DNA from: Nymphaea colorata
Taxonomy: Eukaryota
Length of the DNA: 64,000 bases
NCBI RefSeq assembly: GCF_008831285.2
Contig: NC_045138.2
Location: 31,744,001-31,808,000, forward strand
Reading direction: 5' to 3'
Shown: positions 38,301 through 50,992 of the stretch, in pieces
Layout: each line of letters starts with the position of its first letter
Numbering within the stretch: the stretch's first letter is position 1
Made by a program: the position numbers and the translations under genes
The notes under the pieces: model-generated
The model's database searches: none
What the model was told of the DNA's origin: nothing
What the model saw: the letters and a program-made list of their open reading frames with translations, nothing else

Positions 38301-41300
38301 ACACATAAATAATCAGACTGCTTTGATTCTTATCATACCTGGTTGCCAAAGGCCTATAAATGAAGTGACGCCTTCATAGTCCAAAACCAATTTTCTGTCT
38401 CAAAGTACTGAGCCGCTTGAGTTCTTAAAGTAGTCACCTCCTCAGCTAGCAGCATATATAATTACGATCTTATGAAAAAATTTGATGACCTTATGACTAT
38501 ACGCATGGAAATTTATAATGATAATTTTTTATAGCGGATACCCTTCTTTGTTTTTTATTGACAAGGTTTTTCTCAGGAACTAATCAGGAAACTTGTTTTG
38601 CTTGAAGCAAATCTCACAAATTCAAAATTTTAAAGATTCTAAAGAAATAAATAATATGAAAAAAACAAAAATGTCAATTTTCTATTGTTCTTCTTACAAA
38701 AAATTGATAAGTGTCAACATGTCACAAGAAAGAAACCTCAAATATATATATATATATATATATATAGTTTTTCTAAATGTGAAAAAGTTGCATTTTCACT
38801 TTGGCACTCCTTGTTAAAATATCGCTAATTTCTCACTCTTTTTGTTTTACTTTTTATTTTATCATCTTTTAAAAAAGGATACTTTTGACAATCTTTCTAA
38901 TGAAGTCAGAGTTCCAACATGCACAAAAAAAAAAAAAAAACCTAAAAGCATTGCAAACATCATTCTTGGGCTTTTCTTGGCAATATTTTTTCTCAGGCAT
39001 TAATTGGGAAGTTTGTTTTTCTCAGGAAAATCATGGGAACTCAAAAAATATGAAAAAATAATGCAAAATTGAGCTTTCTACTATTTTTCTTACAAAATAA
39101 TAAGTTCGAGAACATTCAATAACATGTAGAAAGAGACCGTAAAGTCCAAACTATGTCAAAAATAATTTTCTCAAAAAGGGAAAAACATGATATTTTCATT
39201 TTGGCATTTTTTAAACATTGCAATTTTTTAAATCCTTTTTGCATTTATTTATTTTCCCATTTCCCACACCTCCTGGAATAAAAAATATTTGTGACAATGC
39301 TTAAAGGAAAGCTAGATTTAATGAAATTGATGTAAAGTGCAGATTGCAGAACTTCAAAAGCACAAAGAAGAAAGTTGCCTCTATAAACTTCCATTAACAG
39401 CTAGATTCATGAGCCCAAATGCATTAGTGCTAAATGCTAACGAAGAATCAACACGTTGATCCCATCAATATAGATGACATGCTTATTCCACATGGTAGAC
39501 CAATGTGTCCATAGATACAGATGGTCATAGGAATAATCAAAAGTAGCACAGATAATTTTTTTGACAACTGAAATCGGATAGAAGAATAATAGATGAACCA
39601 ATGATCACCTGGCAATGGAATAGTTGAAATTAAGAAACAAAGTGATAAGCAAAAGCATCTCATTAAAATTGTGTGACAGAAACTGGAAGTTTTGGGTCTT
39701 TTCAGAGACATCCGATAAAATTGGAATGATGCAGAGAAGATTAGCATGGCCTCTGTGCAAAGATGACACGCACTGGAGATTTTGGGAATACAACATAACA
39801 AGATAGCCTGCAAGTTAAAATTATTAAAACAAGACAAAATAGTGGAAGCATAAAATTGACATGGGATAGTTACACACATTTCTACTTAAAATTTCTGCAT
39901 CAGCTCTTTATCAGAAAACACCACATAACAGAACATTAACAAGAAAAATCTCCAGAAGATCGACAGAAAAATCATCATTTTTTTTAACAAAATAAGGCTT
40001 CTTGTTAAGCCATGATATAGCTGCTGCTAGTATCATTTGAAGACTATTTCATTATTTTACAAGAAGTTCATGAAAAAATCATTCATGAAGCAGACATATG
40101 CATCTTAGAAGACAGACTGTAGATTAGGACAAAAATAAATTCATACCTCCAGTTGTTCATGCAATCTCTTCTGCACTTCCATTTGTAGTCTCAGTGCTTC
40201 AGTAATCTCAATACCCCTGTTTACCAAGTCCTACAAAGTTAGCGCAGGGAACCCACGGCAGATGGTTCAAAATAAGCATAAATCCATAATAGATATTATC
40301 TAATATCTCGTATAAAGATCTTCTGATTTTCCAGTAGCCCTTCATAGGTGAGTTTTGTCACTAAGATTTCTTTTCATAATGAAAACTACTCTCTCTCTGG
40401 TTAGTGTTCACCCTGAAAAAAACTTGTTCCCCAGTTTCTTTCAAAAGAGTAACTTAACATCAGATCTTCATAACTAAAATAGAAATGGAAGTTAATCAAT
40501 TTTTAATGCATAAATTAGACAAAGGATTTGAAAAGTGATGAAAAAGCGAAGGTTTTAAAACTTGAAGCTAGTTGCAGGTCATCCAGTTCAATAGCAGAAC
40601 CAAGATGCACTTTGTGAGTGTTACGCAATGTGACGGTCATGACAATTACTACCAAAAAGAAAAAAAAAAAAACAAGGCATCACACTAGCAAACGTGATTT
40701 GAGCTGCTATCGGCCATATCATTGTCCGATAGCTGAAACGTCTTAAACCAAGGTACAAGACAGTTTGGCTCGTTCTCTCCAAGTTGAATTGACTAATTAT
40801 GAGATTATTTATCTCCAATATCAGGATCTTGACTCCAAGAAACCCATTCAATTTGACCGAGAGGATTTGAATACCCATGGGATTCAACAATACAGCCAGT
40901 AATCTGTGCAAGACCAAGTTGGACGGACCATGTTCATCACATCAAACAAATAAGGCATGAAAGCCACTTCCCAAATGCTATATGCTAACATGCTAACTTG
41001 CAAAAGTCAGCAGTTGCACACAGAGAGGCCAAGCCCTTAAAAAGATTAGTTAGTTGACTAAAATAAAATCAATGAGGTATAAACACAGAGAGGTATGTGT
41101 GTGTGTGTAAACAACTAGTTGGTCCAAGCAGGACTAGTGAATCCAAATCAAATAAAAAACAAGTCATGGACTAGTTAATCTAGTGAGCTGACCAGTCTAC
41201 AAAATGCCCTGGTGACTTCAGATCATGAAGCAGTCGGTTGACCAAGATTGGACAGGGACCACATTCATCACATCAAACAAAACAAGGCATCAAAGACACT

Positions 41301-43497
41301 TCCCAAATGTTACTCACTGACGTTGCAAAAGTTAGCAGTTGCACACAAATAGCACAAGCCCTTAAAAAGATTAGTTAGTTAACTAAAATAAAATCAATCA
41401 GGTATAAACACAGGGGTTTGTGTGTAACGACTAGTTGGTCCAAGCAGGACTAGTGGATCCAAATCAAATAAAAAGCTAGTCATTGACTAGTTGATCCAGT
41501 AAGCCAAGCAGTGCACAAACGGCCCTGGTGACTTCAGATCATGGACTTAGTTGGTTGACACAGCCAACTACTCCTAGTCGGACCAACTAGTCGCTAACTT
41601 AACATGCTACCCTAAAAAATGTAAAAATATTGACTGAACACTTAAAATATATGTTAACATATAAGGTGTCATTCTGTATATTCAACATCAACATTATGCA
41701 TACCCAGAAACATTCCCACCAAAGCTTTAAGGTTTAGAACTTTTAGAGTACATATACTTGAAGAGGATAACTAGTCTATTCAAAATTTCTTTCTGGAAGT
41801 AATAGTAAGTGCCAACTATGAAGCCCATCATATGTAACTCTTGATAACCAGTAGCACAGTAATTAAGAACCTACGTTTTCAGGTCTAGAGATGATATTTC
41901 CTCAAGACTTGTTTTCGTGTCTGAACCTCCTGCATGAAACAGAAATATAGAATCTTAATTATAAACCAACGGAATAGGAACAATGGATAACAAAATTCAC
42001 AAGATCACCACATGGAAACAAAATCATTGGAACAAAGCAGGATTAAGGAACAAAAACAGTTCATAGTTTTCAAAAGGGTTACGTCAGGATGCCCAGTCAC
42101 ATAGAATGGTAACTATTGGAGAAAAGAACAGAGCAAGGTCAAAGCCGAACCAGATATGGCCATACTTGGAACAAGACATTATTGAAGAACAAAAAAGGTT
42201 AGGGTCTGTAAAAGGAGGCACATAAAGATGCTTAACAAAATGTTAAAAGAACATAAAGCAACTTGCCTTCAGATGCTTCAGGTCGATACCTAGCTGTTCG
42301 ATATTTCTGGCCACATAAAACGATAAATGGTCAAAATCGTGAATTTAATGGCTAAGACAAAAAATGAAAAAAGCATCAACACAGACCTGTAAGTGACTTT
42401 TAACATGGTAAATGGTCAGGCCTTCTACTTTCATAAGCTTTAGAACACCTTTTGGTGTTGCTTCTGCAGCACACCATATTATGAGCGAGCAAAAATGCTT
42501 AAGAAAATATTTCATTACAAAGCATTTTCTTAGTTACCCACTTTCACTGCCACCAAGACGGTTCACAGCTTCAACAAAGCACTCATGGAGTTCTGGTGTC
42601 CAACGCATTCGGGGTTTATTCTGGGTCCCGTTTGTAACTGATGGACTTGCCACATGGTTTGAATCTCCTGAGAGAGCAGGAACCTGTTGATTAATTTGGG
42701 GTTGGCTGACTGTGAAATCTGAAGGCAGCTTGGGACCCTGGTAAACCTAGAAGAAAGATTGTACTTTAGTTTCTTTGGCAAGTAGCAACAAATGTACCAA
42801 AGAGAAAAAGAATCTACAATTTAAATTCTTCTCAGATTTTAGAATGTTAGAAAGATAACCCTGCCTTTATCTCTGGATCAGGTTCAACAAGGAGGTCATT
42901 CCAACCAGTGGCTACTAAAGTGTCATCAGCCATTATCTGATCAGCCCATTCCTGAAAGTCACTTTGCCGAGATTGGTCTTGAGAAGCCATGCCAGTGCTG
43001 TTTTGTATCTGGCTATGGCAACCACCACCATCAGAAAAATCAAAAAATAGAGAATCGTCTGACCATGTTGCATCATTATTTTCTCTAGTAAAATTACTAG
43101 GTGATGTAGTCTGGAACAAAACTGACTGAGAAGGAAGTGCCTGAGCAACAGATGTTACATTGTTTGATGCTTGAGAAAAGAATGGAGCACTGTTGGCATG
43201 CATCTGATGCTGTAAAGAGCTAGAATAATGAAGTTCACTTGTGAAACCTGAACTTGTTGAGAACATGTGTCCAATGGCACCATTGTTTGTCGCTATGGAT
43301 GCTCGATGTTGTCCAACACGGTTTGCCCAAAGTTCCTTTTCCATTGAAACCTGCTGGCAATCTGGAAGCTTTGGATATTTTTTTTCAGCAGGTGTAGGCA
43401 GAACTGATAAAGAAGATGATCTTCCAACAGATGAATTCATAGCACTTAGTTGCTTTCCCTCTGACCTCTGGCTTGGAAAGATTGAGCGAGCTTCCAT
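35305..43497 (-). CDS. PHR1: PHOSPHATE STARVATION RESPONSE 1-type MYB-CC (GARP) transcription factor, 7 coding exons, ~474 aa
   Basis: Exons 43497-42865, 42746-42542, 42463-42387, 42306-42267, 41929-41875, 40216-40147, 35649-35305. [61 protein letters not shown]; coiled coil [43 protein letters not shown]; long N-terminus with [26 protein letters not shown] and WNDLL, typical of the PHR1 clade. Confidence 0.93.
35768..35904. repeat. 137-nt imperfect inverted repeat/hairpin in the last PHR1 intron
   Basis: Left arm TGTTATG...GGGGAGAGTGTGGAAGGC...TATGACAGCCT pairs with right arm AGGCTG...TGTCATA...GCCTTCCATGCCCTCCCT...CATAACA. Confidence 0.85.
39696..39773 (+). pseudogene. U6: 3'-truncated U6 snRNA retro-pseudogene, antisense within PHR1 intron 6
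   Basis: GTCTTTTCAGAGACATCCGATAAAATTGGAATGATGCAGAGAAGATTAGCATGGCCTCTGTGCAAAGATGACACGCAC aligns to plant U6 nt 1-~78; ACAGAGA box altered to GCAGAGA, 3' end missing, no USE/TATA upstream; flanked by 14-bp direct repeats with 2 mismatches. Confidence 0.9.
40912..41558. repeat. Two-copy ~328-bp tandem duplication in PHR1 intron 5
   Basis: Units start GACCAAG at 40912 and 41240 and share TTCATCACATCAAACAAA, AAGCCCTTAAAAAGATTAGTTAGTT, ACTAGTTGGTCCAAGCAGGACTAGTG, GCCCTGGTGACTTCAGATCATG. Confidence 0.9.
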
Positions 43498-46400
43498 TTC
43501 TGCCCATAAAAATTGGAAAGATATCTTATATGAAGTTCTTCAGACATATATTGTGTTCTCACTTGCCATTGTTTACAATATAATTTCCATAATATTGTCC
43601 TTAAGATGCTGAGTTTCCAAATGTAAAAACAACATCCAGTCAAAACCCCCAGGACCTGAGACAGAAGAAACCAATTTTGAACAAAAAATGTGAAAAAAAT
43701 GAGGCACACATATTCAGCGAAACTAAAAAATATTCCCAATACATATTCATTGAGTGCACATTGCAGCCATTTACTTTCTATGCATAATAAAGCATTGTCC
43801 TCTTCAAGAACATCTTTCTTAAGCCAAGAGACTTGAAAGGCTCTTTTTCTCTTATTTAAATGTCAAAGTTTGCTAAACAAAAAAATGTTCTCTGTTGTGT
43901 CTAAACGTTATAGCTTACGAATTCCACTGAAAAAGCATCACCTTTCCTTCATTTTCTTCATAAACAAATCACTAAAGAGCCTCATTGGGAAAAACATGTA
44001 AGTTGCATAAATTTAACTAGTTCTACACCGACAGTTTTTCTTCTTTCTTTTGTTCTTTCTGTTTTATTAACAGTCAACTACATATTAGTTGTTGTAGACC
44101 ATTTTTTGTTTCTGGATTTAGCAAAACCAAAGTCCCTGGCAACAGGTTTTTCATAGAACTACACTCAGAATGGTAAAATTCTGAGGCTAGATCCTTTACC
44201 AGCTCATTGACATAGACCCTGGTATTGCCATTTTAGTAATAATATCCTAGTTAGAAACATCACGGAGAAATTGTTATTTTGCTAAAGAAAGAAAATCAAA
44301 GTGATATGTAGTTCATGTTTTTTTCGCTTCTTACAGAATATTTTGGAATTATGTGAACATCTAAACCTTTGTGTTGATATCACAATGTTTAAAAATAGCT
44401 GAAGTGTCCATACTCCATAGTGTCGAATGAGTGAATTCTGTGGAAGCCATCACCAAAAGCAGTGTCCTAATTGGGGATAGATTAATCCCGATAGCCAATC
44501 CAAAGAGCAAACCATCCCAAGGAGAAGGAATGCTGGATTACCTCTTATCTGGGAACTATCATTGATGGGTGAATGCTGCTGGGTGCACAAAGCACTACAA
44601 AAGGAATGTCCCTCTTGCTCCCTGAGGGGTCAGGATTGGAAGTAGCCATGGCTATGGGAGCTATTAGAAGAAAAAAGCTGTTTTCACTAGGGCAATCATG
44701 GTGGCAACACTCATAAGCAGTGTTCACCAACAGTGTGTGACATAAATGACATGAGTTGGGTCAAAACTAAAACAAACAAAACACTTAAAATTTCTTTTGG
44801 CAGATTAGCAAAAAGATAAAAGCTTGTAGCATTTTCATGTTTTGATTGTGAAGAAGGAGAATGATTCTTATAGGTGCACAGAGATTACACAATCTCTACA
44901 CACCATCGGTGTGACTGCATATGACCACTGCATGGGTGCATGACTCGGAACTGTACAGTCATTGCAGCTTAAACCTCAACTTCAGCATTCATCAGTATCA
45001 TCACATTAATGCACATTAGCTGTATTCTTTCCCATTTGAACAATTTCTTTATATGCTGCAGAACACTGGCATTAGGCTAGTTCCTAACTCAACCCCATTC
45101 TTAAATAGATATTCCGTATCAGACATTGTAGAGCAGTTGAGGTATTAAATTACATATTAACTGCAAATTTCAACTAAGGCGGATGCATATCATCATTTTT
45201 GTCATTTCTAAGTGTATTTGTCCAAGATGTTGATATTTTCATAAATTTCCAAAAAAAAAAACATGAGTCCTGTACTGTGGTTGTCAAGAGTTTCCTAAAA
45301 AGTAAAATCTAGTTTGTCATCATGGTATTTCTTCCCAAAAATACATTCCCTCCGGACATTTGTTATCAGTTTGATATTGAAGTTTGAGCTGTTGATCCCC
45401 TATGCAGCATTCTCCATAGAAGGGAGTAGACACGTCTATTAAGCTGTATGCACTTTTGGATGTTCATTCTCAACATATGTTTAATCATCTTGCCACTAAG
45501 AAATGAACTAGGCATATAGGCTATTTCTTATAGGACACAAGGAAAAAGAGACAAATTAGTGACCACCATGCGCACATAAGCAATTCAGCTTGGAAGTTTA
45601 CCATGAGTCACCTTATGAGAAGCATTTTTCTCCAGTCAATGTCCAAGCTAGAAACATGAAAGTGGGTATAAATATCTCATTAACCATGGAGTAAAGGCTC
45701 CAACACTGGGGTTCCACATTTGCACACATGATCCTTTATCCAGAGCGTATGAACCTATGCTAGTTAATGTAAATTGGGCCTCACACTTGTTCACCTATGT
45801 TCTACTGTCTTGTCTGAACTGTTATAATATATGAAAGCCCAAGAAATGATCACCCTAACGTCATTCATCGGGTTTAGACATTATAGTGATACCTACTTGT
45901 CGGATCCTTTAGCACATTTCATTAATACATTTCCCAGCATTCCACTTGTAGTCATAAACAAGTCCGACAGGCCATGTTCAACAACCAACTCACAGCATAA
46001 TGTAGTATGTTTTTTAATATACAATCTCACATTCTGATTTAATTTTACCTTTGTATTGTAGATCCTTTCTATTTTTTACACCACTTGAAAAGCAAAGGTT
46101 TCAATTAATTGCACTACTATATTTTTTTCATATCATCCTAGAAATCTTATTATCTCCTAGAGGTGAAAAAGACATCAGGAGTCATTTTCTTTTTTCTAGA
46201 ATATTGAACATAAAGGCCTTTCAAAAAATAAATAAATAAATGAGAAAGGATCCGCCAGTTCAAGTACTTAGGCATCTATCCTATGATGGACCAAACTTGC
46301 CTCACAACACAAATCCTTTTAATTTGAGAAAGAGTAAATCTGACATTTCTTGTACCTCATCACCTTCTGGAACACAAAATTGAACAGCAAAGATTGCAAC

Positions 46401-46809
46401 AATGAGGGAAGTAAATAACATGTGAAGACATTATATTGGCCAGACATCTCCAGAGCTTCAGTTAGGAACCTTCAGCAAGATCATTATTGCTTTCATTTTC
46501 CACATTAGGAAACTCTCACTTAACTAGATTGGAATTGTTATCTTCTCTTTTCCTCCTACTGCTTCATCCTTTCATAGATTTATTCCCCCTTATACAAAAC
46601 CTCCTATTGTATCATATTTTCTTGCTAAGAGAATTATCTTGTGTTCTTTAAAATTATCCTGTTCTTTTTCTCCTGCAAAATCTTACTTGCAAAAGCATTC
46701 CTAAATTGCCCTGTACCACCATTAAAGTTTACATGATTAATTTAGTCTCTTTCTCAAGTATCATGCGGTATAAACATAATGATTGTTGGAACCCACTCCT
46801 AACCCTAAC

Positions 46810-47247
46810 CTAAGTCACATGGGTACTTCAGTAAGGTCCACGTACCCATGTCACCGTACCCGTACCCAAAATGGGTACTTTGACACTTGGGTACCTATAG
46901 ATCCAAACTGCTTAATTTTACTTTGATTTAATTTTTTCCACCTTATTATTCTATTCTTTGGATGTGAAAACTCGATTGATGTTCATATTTGACTAGGGGG
47001 CTGCTTGGTTGTCCATATGTTTAAAGTTTTTCATAGGTTTCTTAAACACACTACTGCAAGAGCCGTTAATATATATTTTTTATGTTATTTATTTGTTTAT
47101 GTTGATGTATATTTTTTATTTTGATATATATTTTCTAAGTATTTCTTATTGTTTATATATATATATACGACCGTACCCCCGTACCCAAGTTTTTTGAAAA
47201 TGGTCACCACCCGTACCCGCACCGGCACCCGTACCTATGTGACATAG
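46810..47247. mobile_element. hAT-type MITE (438 bp) in the PHR1 leader intron
   Basis: TIR CTAAGTCACATGGGTAC...GTACCTATGTGACATAG; perfect 8-bp TSD ACCCTAAC at 46802-46809 and 47248-47255; TACCCG subrepeats. Confidence 0.9.
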
Positions 47248-48615
47248 ACCCTAACGGAAACATAAAAGATAACTGTTTCAGCAACCCAAGATCCAAAGTC
47301 AGAAGTATGGGAATGGTGAAAGCTTTAGGGGCAGAGTCTTGAAATCTAAAATCTTAGGAAGGAGGAAAAATAAGAATGCCAGATCATGACTGAAATGAAG
47401 GTATCCAATAAGAGAATCCAAATGAAGCCTTCAAAAAGTTACGAAATGATGGCAGAACGAACATAGGAAATAAAAAAATTAAAAAAAAAAGACCTAAAGG
47501 GATAAAAATCAATGGTTGCATTGGGATGACACCCTCAAAAATGATGTTTTGTGAAAACCATGTTTTTAACTAGATTCCAGACCAGGTCTGTGTGTTTGGA
47601 TGTCAAGAACAAAACCAAGTTTTCACTTTCTGAAACAAATAGAAGTAGCTAATTGCTGGAGTAGCTAGTAACATAAGAGTAGCAGACAGAAACAATTACT
47701 AAAAGCAGACAAATTTAGTCCCACAGCATAAAACAACTTTAAAATAGCTGAAGGGGCAGATTCCAAGCAACTAGTTGCAGCTAATCAGGTCATCCAGTGT
47801 CCAAGATAACCAACCCGAACAGAGAAATATGAGCTTTGATGCACGCCAAGAAATAAAAAAATAAAGTTGAATAAAACTTAACAATTCAAATAAACAAAAC
47901 TAAGTACACACAGAAAAATGCTAACAGAATATACTGATCACCTCATGCAAACATGAGAGCGGATTCAGTCCTCCGAAATGCAACAGCATATAACATCTAA
48001 AAGAACTCAAAAGAAACACGAAACGAGTAAGTAACCGGAAACCCTAAAGTCTCTTAATTCCACATGCAGAAGTTAAGCAAGGGATTCGAGAAAACCAACA
48101 CCATCGACAACACCGAACTTCTAGCGACCGAAAAGGAATGAAGAAAGAAAAAACAATCGCACCAACATAAAAAAGTCTTAACGAAAACAAGTCTACATAA
48201 TGCCAAAAGTATGATGGAAACAAGTCTACCTAATGACCTGTCTATCTCAAAATCAGCAATTCCACGCTACAAAACTACCATGCAACCGTGCCAGTAGAAC
48301 AAAACAATTAGCATCGATCAAAACATGATCAAACAACAAAGTATTAGCAGATTCCCAGTCAACCAGCAAAAAAGAACCAAACAAAAGCCCCAAAAAATCG
48401 AGCTAAAGACGTTCGTTCTCACACGTCCTCCAGACAAATTACCAGAAAAAAAAAAAATCTCTCCAACATCAATCATACAGGAACGTCAATTTATGAAGAC
48501 CAATTACGCAAAACCATTGACACATGAAGGGAAAACAACAAAAAAGGGTGCCCACGATTCCTGCATAATCAACCATTAACAAAAACATTACAAAAAGGAA
48601 ACCCCGATAATTTAC

Positions 48616-48790
48616 CTCCTCGGGTCGTTGAAGAATAACAAGAAGAAGAAGACGCGATTGAAGGCTCTTTCAACCGACCAGATTCACAATCGGAAGAAAT
48701 GAATTGAAGAAAAAGGCAGAAAATATTCCGGCATGGTCTACTCAGAATTCCATCTCAGCGTCGAACAGGAGAGAGATAACAGAGAGAGAA
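48616..48790 (-). promoter_or_regulatory. Probable non-coding first exon of PHR1
   Basis: CT-rich leader on the minus strand ending in donor GAGGAG|GTAAAT, followed by ~5 kb of T-rich (minus-strand) intron to acceptor TCTCAG at 43656. Confidence 0.55.
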
Positions 48791-49128
48791 CTTGAGTTGC
48801 CAATAATTTGTCATTTTCAGTTTTTTGGTTCTACTATCTTTGACATCTTTGTCCGGACCTTCTCCTCGAATGACATTTGAATACCCCTTTCCCTTTTGGG
48901 ACCGGATCTCTTGGTTTGGATCAGACCCAATAGTTCTTGGTCGGGTCTGGATTTGTGGATCGGTTACATGGATTTTATAAGGTCGAAGGAGGTAATGAGG
49001 ACCGGTGTAAAGTGTAAACCATTATTGGGTAGCTCAAATTAGGGTTTCTTTTATTTCTACAATCTCAAATCAAATCAAGGGTTGAATAGGACTTCCGGGG
49101 TCATACTGCTATTATTATAAGAATATAG

Positions 49129-49181
<53 letters not shown>

Positions 49182-49570
49182 CAAATTTATCTTTCCAACC
49201 AAAGGATTCCTGTTTCATATGTATGTATGTGTATGTATGTATATAAATGGTAAACGAGAGATAGAATCAACTGAAAAACAACACAATAATAGTGGAGACT
49301 GTCTTTGTTCTAATATATCTTCTATGTTAGTCAGAAGAATATGAAAAAAAAAACACTAAATAGACGAGGACAAAACAGTGCAAAATAATTGAAGCTTTGA
49401 TTTCTCAAACTTAGCTCGCTGAATCTGAAAAAGCTTGTTCTTCTTTAACAGAAGCTCCTCCAGTAACTATATTCAACACGCCACATCTAGATCAACCAAG
49501 GAATCAAAGAGATTTTGAAGATTAATCTGGTTGGATTGAAACTTGTGGATCAGATATTGAGCCTGAACCC

Positions 49571-49758
49571 TAGGAGCGAAGCTAGAAATTTTTCATGAGG
49601 GAGGCCAAATTAGAGTTTATAAACTTTGACAAGGTCCGAAATATCATTTTTTTTAAATTTTTATATACGGCAACTGAAATTTTTTAAAGTTTACATGTAA
49701 ATTAAAAAAAAAATGAAGGGGGCCAGAGCCCCTACGGACCCCCCTAGCTCCACCCTTG
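49571..49758. mobile_element. CAGGGGCGGAGC-family MITE in the PHR1 upstream region
   Basis: Termini TAGGAGCGAAGCTAG...CTAGCTCCACCCTTG; TSD ctgaaccc/ctgatccc (7/8). Confidence 0.8.
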
Positions 49759-50273
49759 CTGATCCCCTTCTAGTTCGGTCCCACTTTAAGGCAATCTTGT
49801 ATCCAATCTAATATTTCAATATATTTTGACTCTCCACATGTTTACAATTTGAGTTTGGGTTTGTTCATATCTAGTGGTCTCACCTTGACTTTATGAGTTT
49901 TCACCCCTTTGGCATAGCTGGTCGGACCAGTAGAATGTTACATGTGAGCATCCACCCACTCCACAACTCAATGTTGCTCATCCTTGGTTCTATCAATGAG
50001 AGCATCAACCTCTTATGCAAGCTAATGCAGCCCTAGACCATGAGGGCGGAAGGAACTTTGGCTCGTCGTTCTTCCATGAAATGTCGGCTAGCGAAAAGCT
50101 GAATCGAATCATGGCATGGTTCACCACATGAGCCTACTAGCAATTTGATAAGTTTAATCCAATGCCCAGCCTACTGTTTTGAAATTGGACCAAATCATGG
50201 AACCATCATTCTCTTACTAATACAATGATAGATCTACGATAAAGTCATGCATGATGTTGGATCTAAATAGTAT

Positions 50274-50992
50274 TGTAACGACCCGACTTACCCTCAATCT
50301 CGAGCTCTTGGTTCGGTGGATCCTAACGCCCCTCTAACAGTTTCGGTTCTAACCCTAAAAAAACTAGTATCCATGACAGTTAACCATTTAACAACATTCT
50401 TTTATAAGTCTCTCAAAATCCTTCGCAATATTTAATATGAAACTAAACTTTTGGGTATTACAACTTGCAAATAAAGATCTATACTTTTTAGAATAATGTT
50501 TCTTTCCAAATATGGATCTAGACCCGAATACCAAAAAAGAACCAGTAAATGCATGCTTAATCTCATCCGAACTCTTGGTCCCCAAAATTTATACGTGCAA
50601 AGTGGAGTGAGATGGGAGTCGCAAACGTTCCTTAGACTGGATCGGTTCCGATCCAGTTCCTATCCAAGCGTGGCAGCTAACGCAGGGGTAATATAGTCAT
50701 TGAAAAAATTGTTGGGGCAGAAATGCGACAGTTGGTAATAGGAAGGAGAAAGCTGTCAATTTTGGAAATTTTTAATATATTTCCAGAAATTCGATGTATG
50801 CGCCGCGAATCTGCTGAGTGGGTCCCGCCAATTCTCGAGGGGCGCGAACCATGGCCCCTCCCAAGTCTCAGCCGTCGGGGAGGAACCGGATCGGGAATGG
50901 TCTTATCGAGTCATTTACTCCCGATACGAGACGGTTTCTTTTTTAAATGAAGACTGCGTGGCGAGAAAAATTAGTCGGTCGTAGTTGTTACG
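50274..50992. mobile_element. Possible degenerate solo LTR
   Basis: Begins TGTAACGACCCG and ends GGTCGTAGTTGTTACG, resembling Ty3/gypsy LTR termini; no matching 5-bp TSD and no internal domain. Confidence 0.3.

Noticed and set aside
43747..43768. 12-nt match to the miR397 5' end (TCATTGAGTGCA)
   Set aside because: The 3' half diverges and no hairpin is apparent.
44520..44715. Faint RNase H-like (LINE) peptide LGTIIDG*MLLGAQSTTKGMSLLLPEGSGLEVAMAMG
   Set aside because: Too short and degenerate to support without a profile search.
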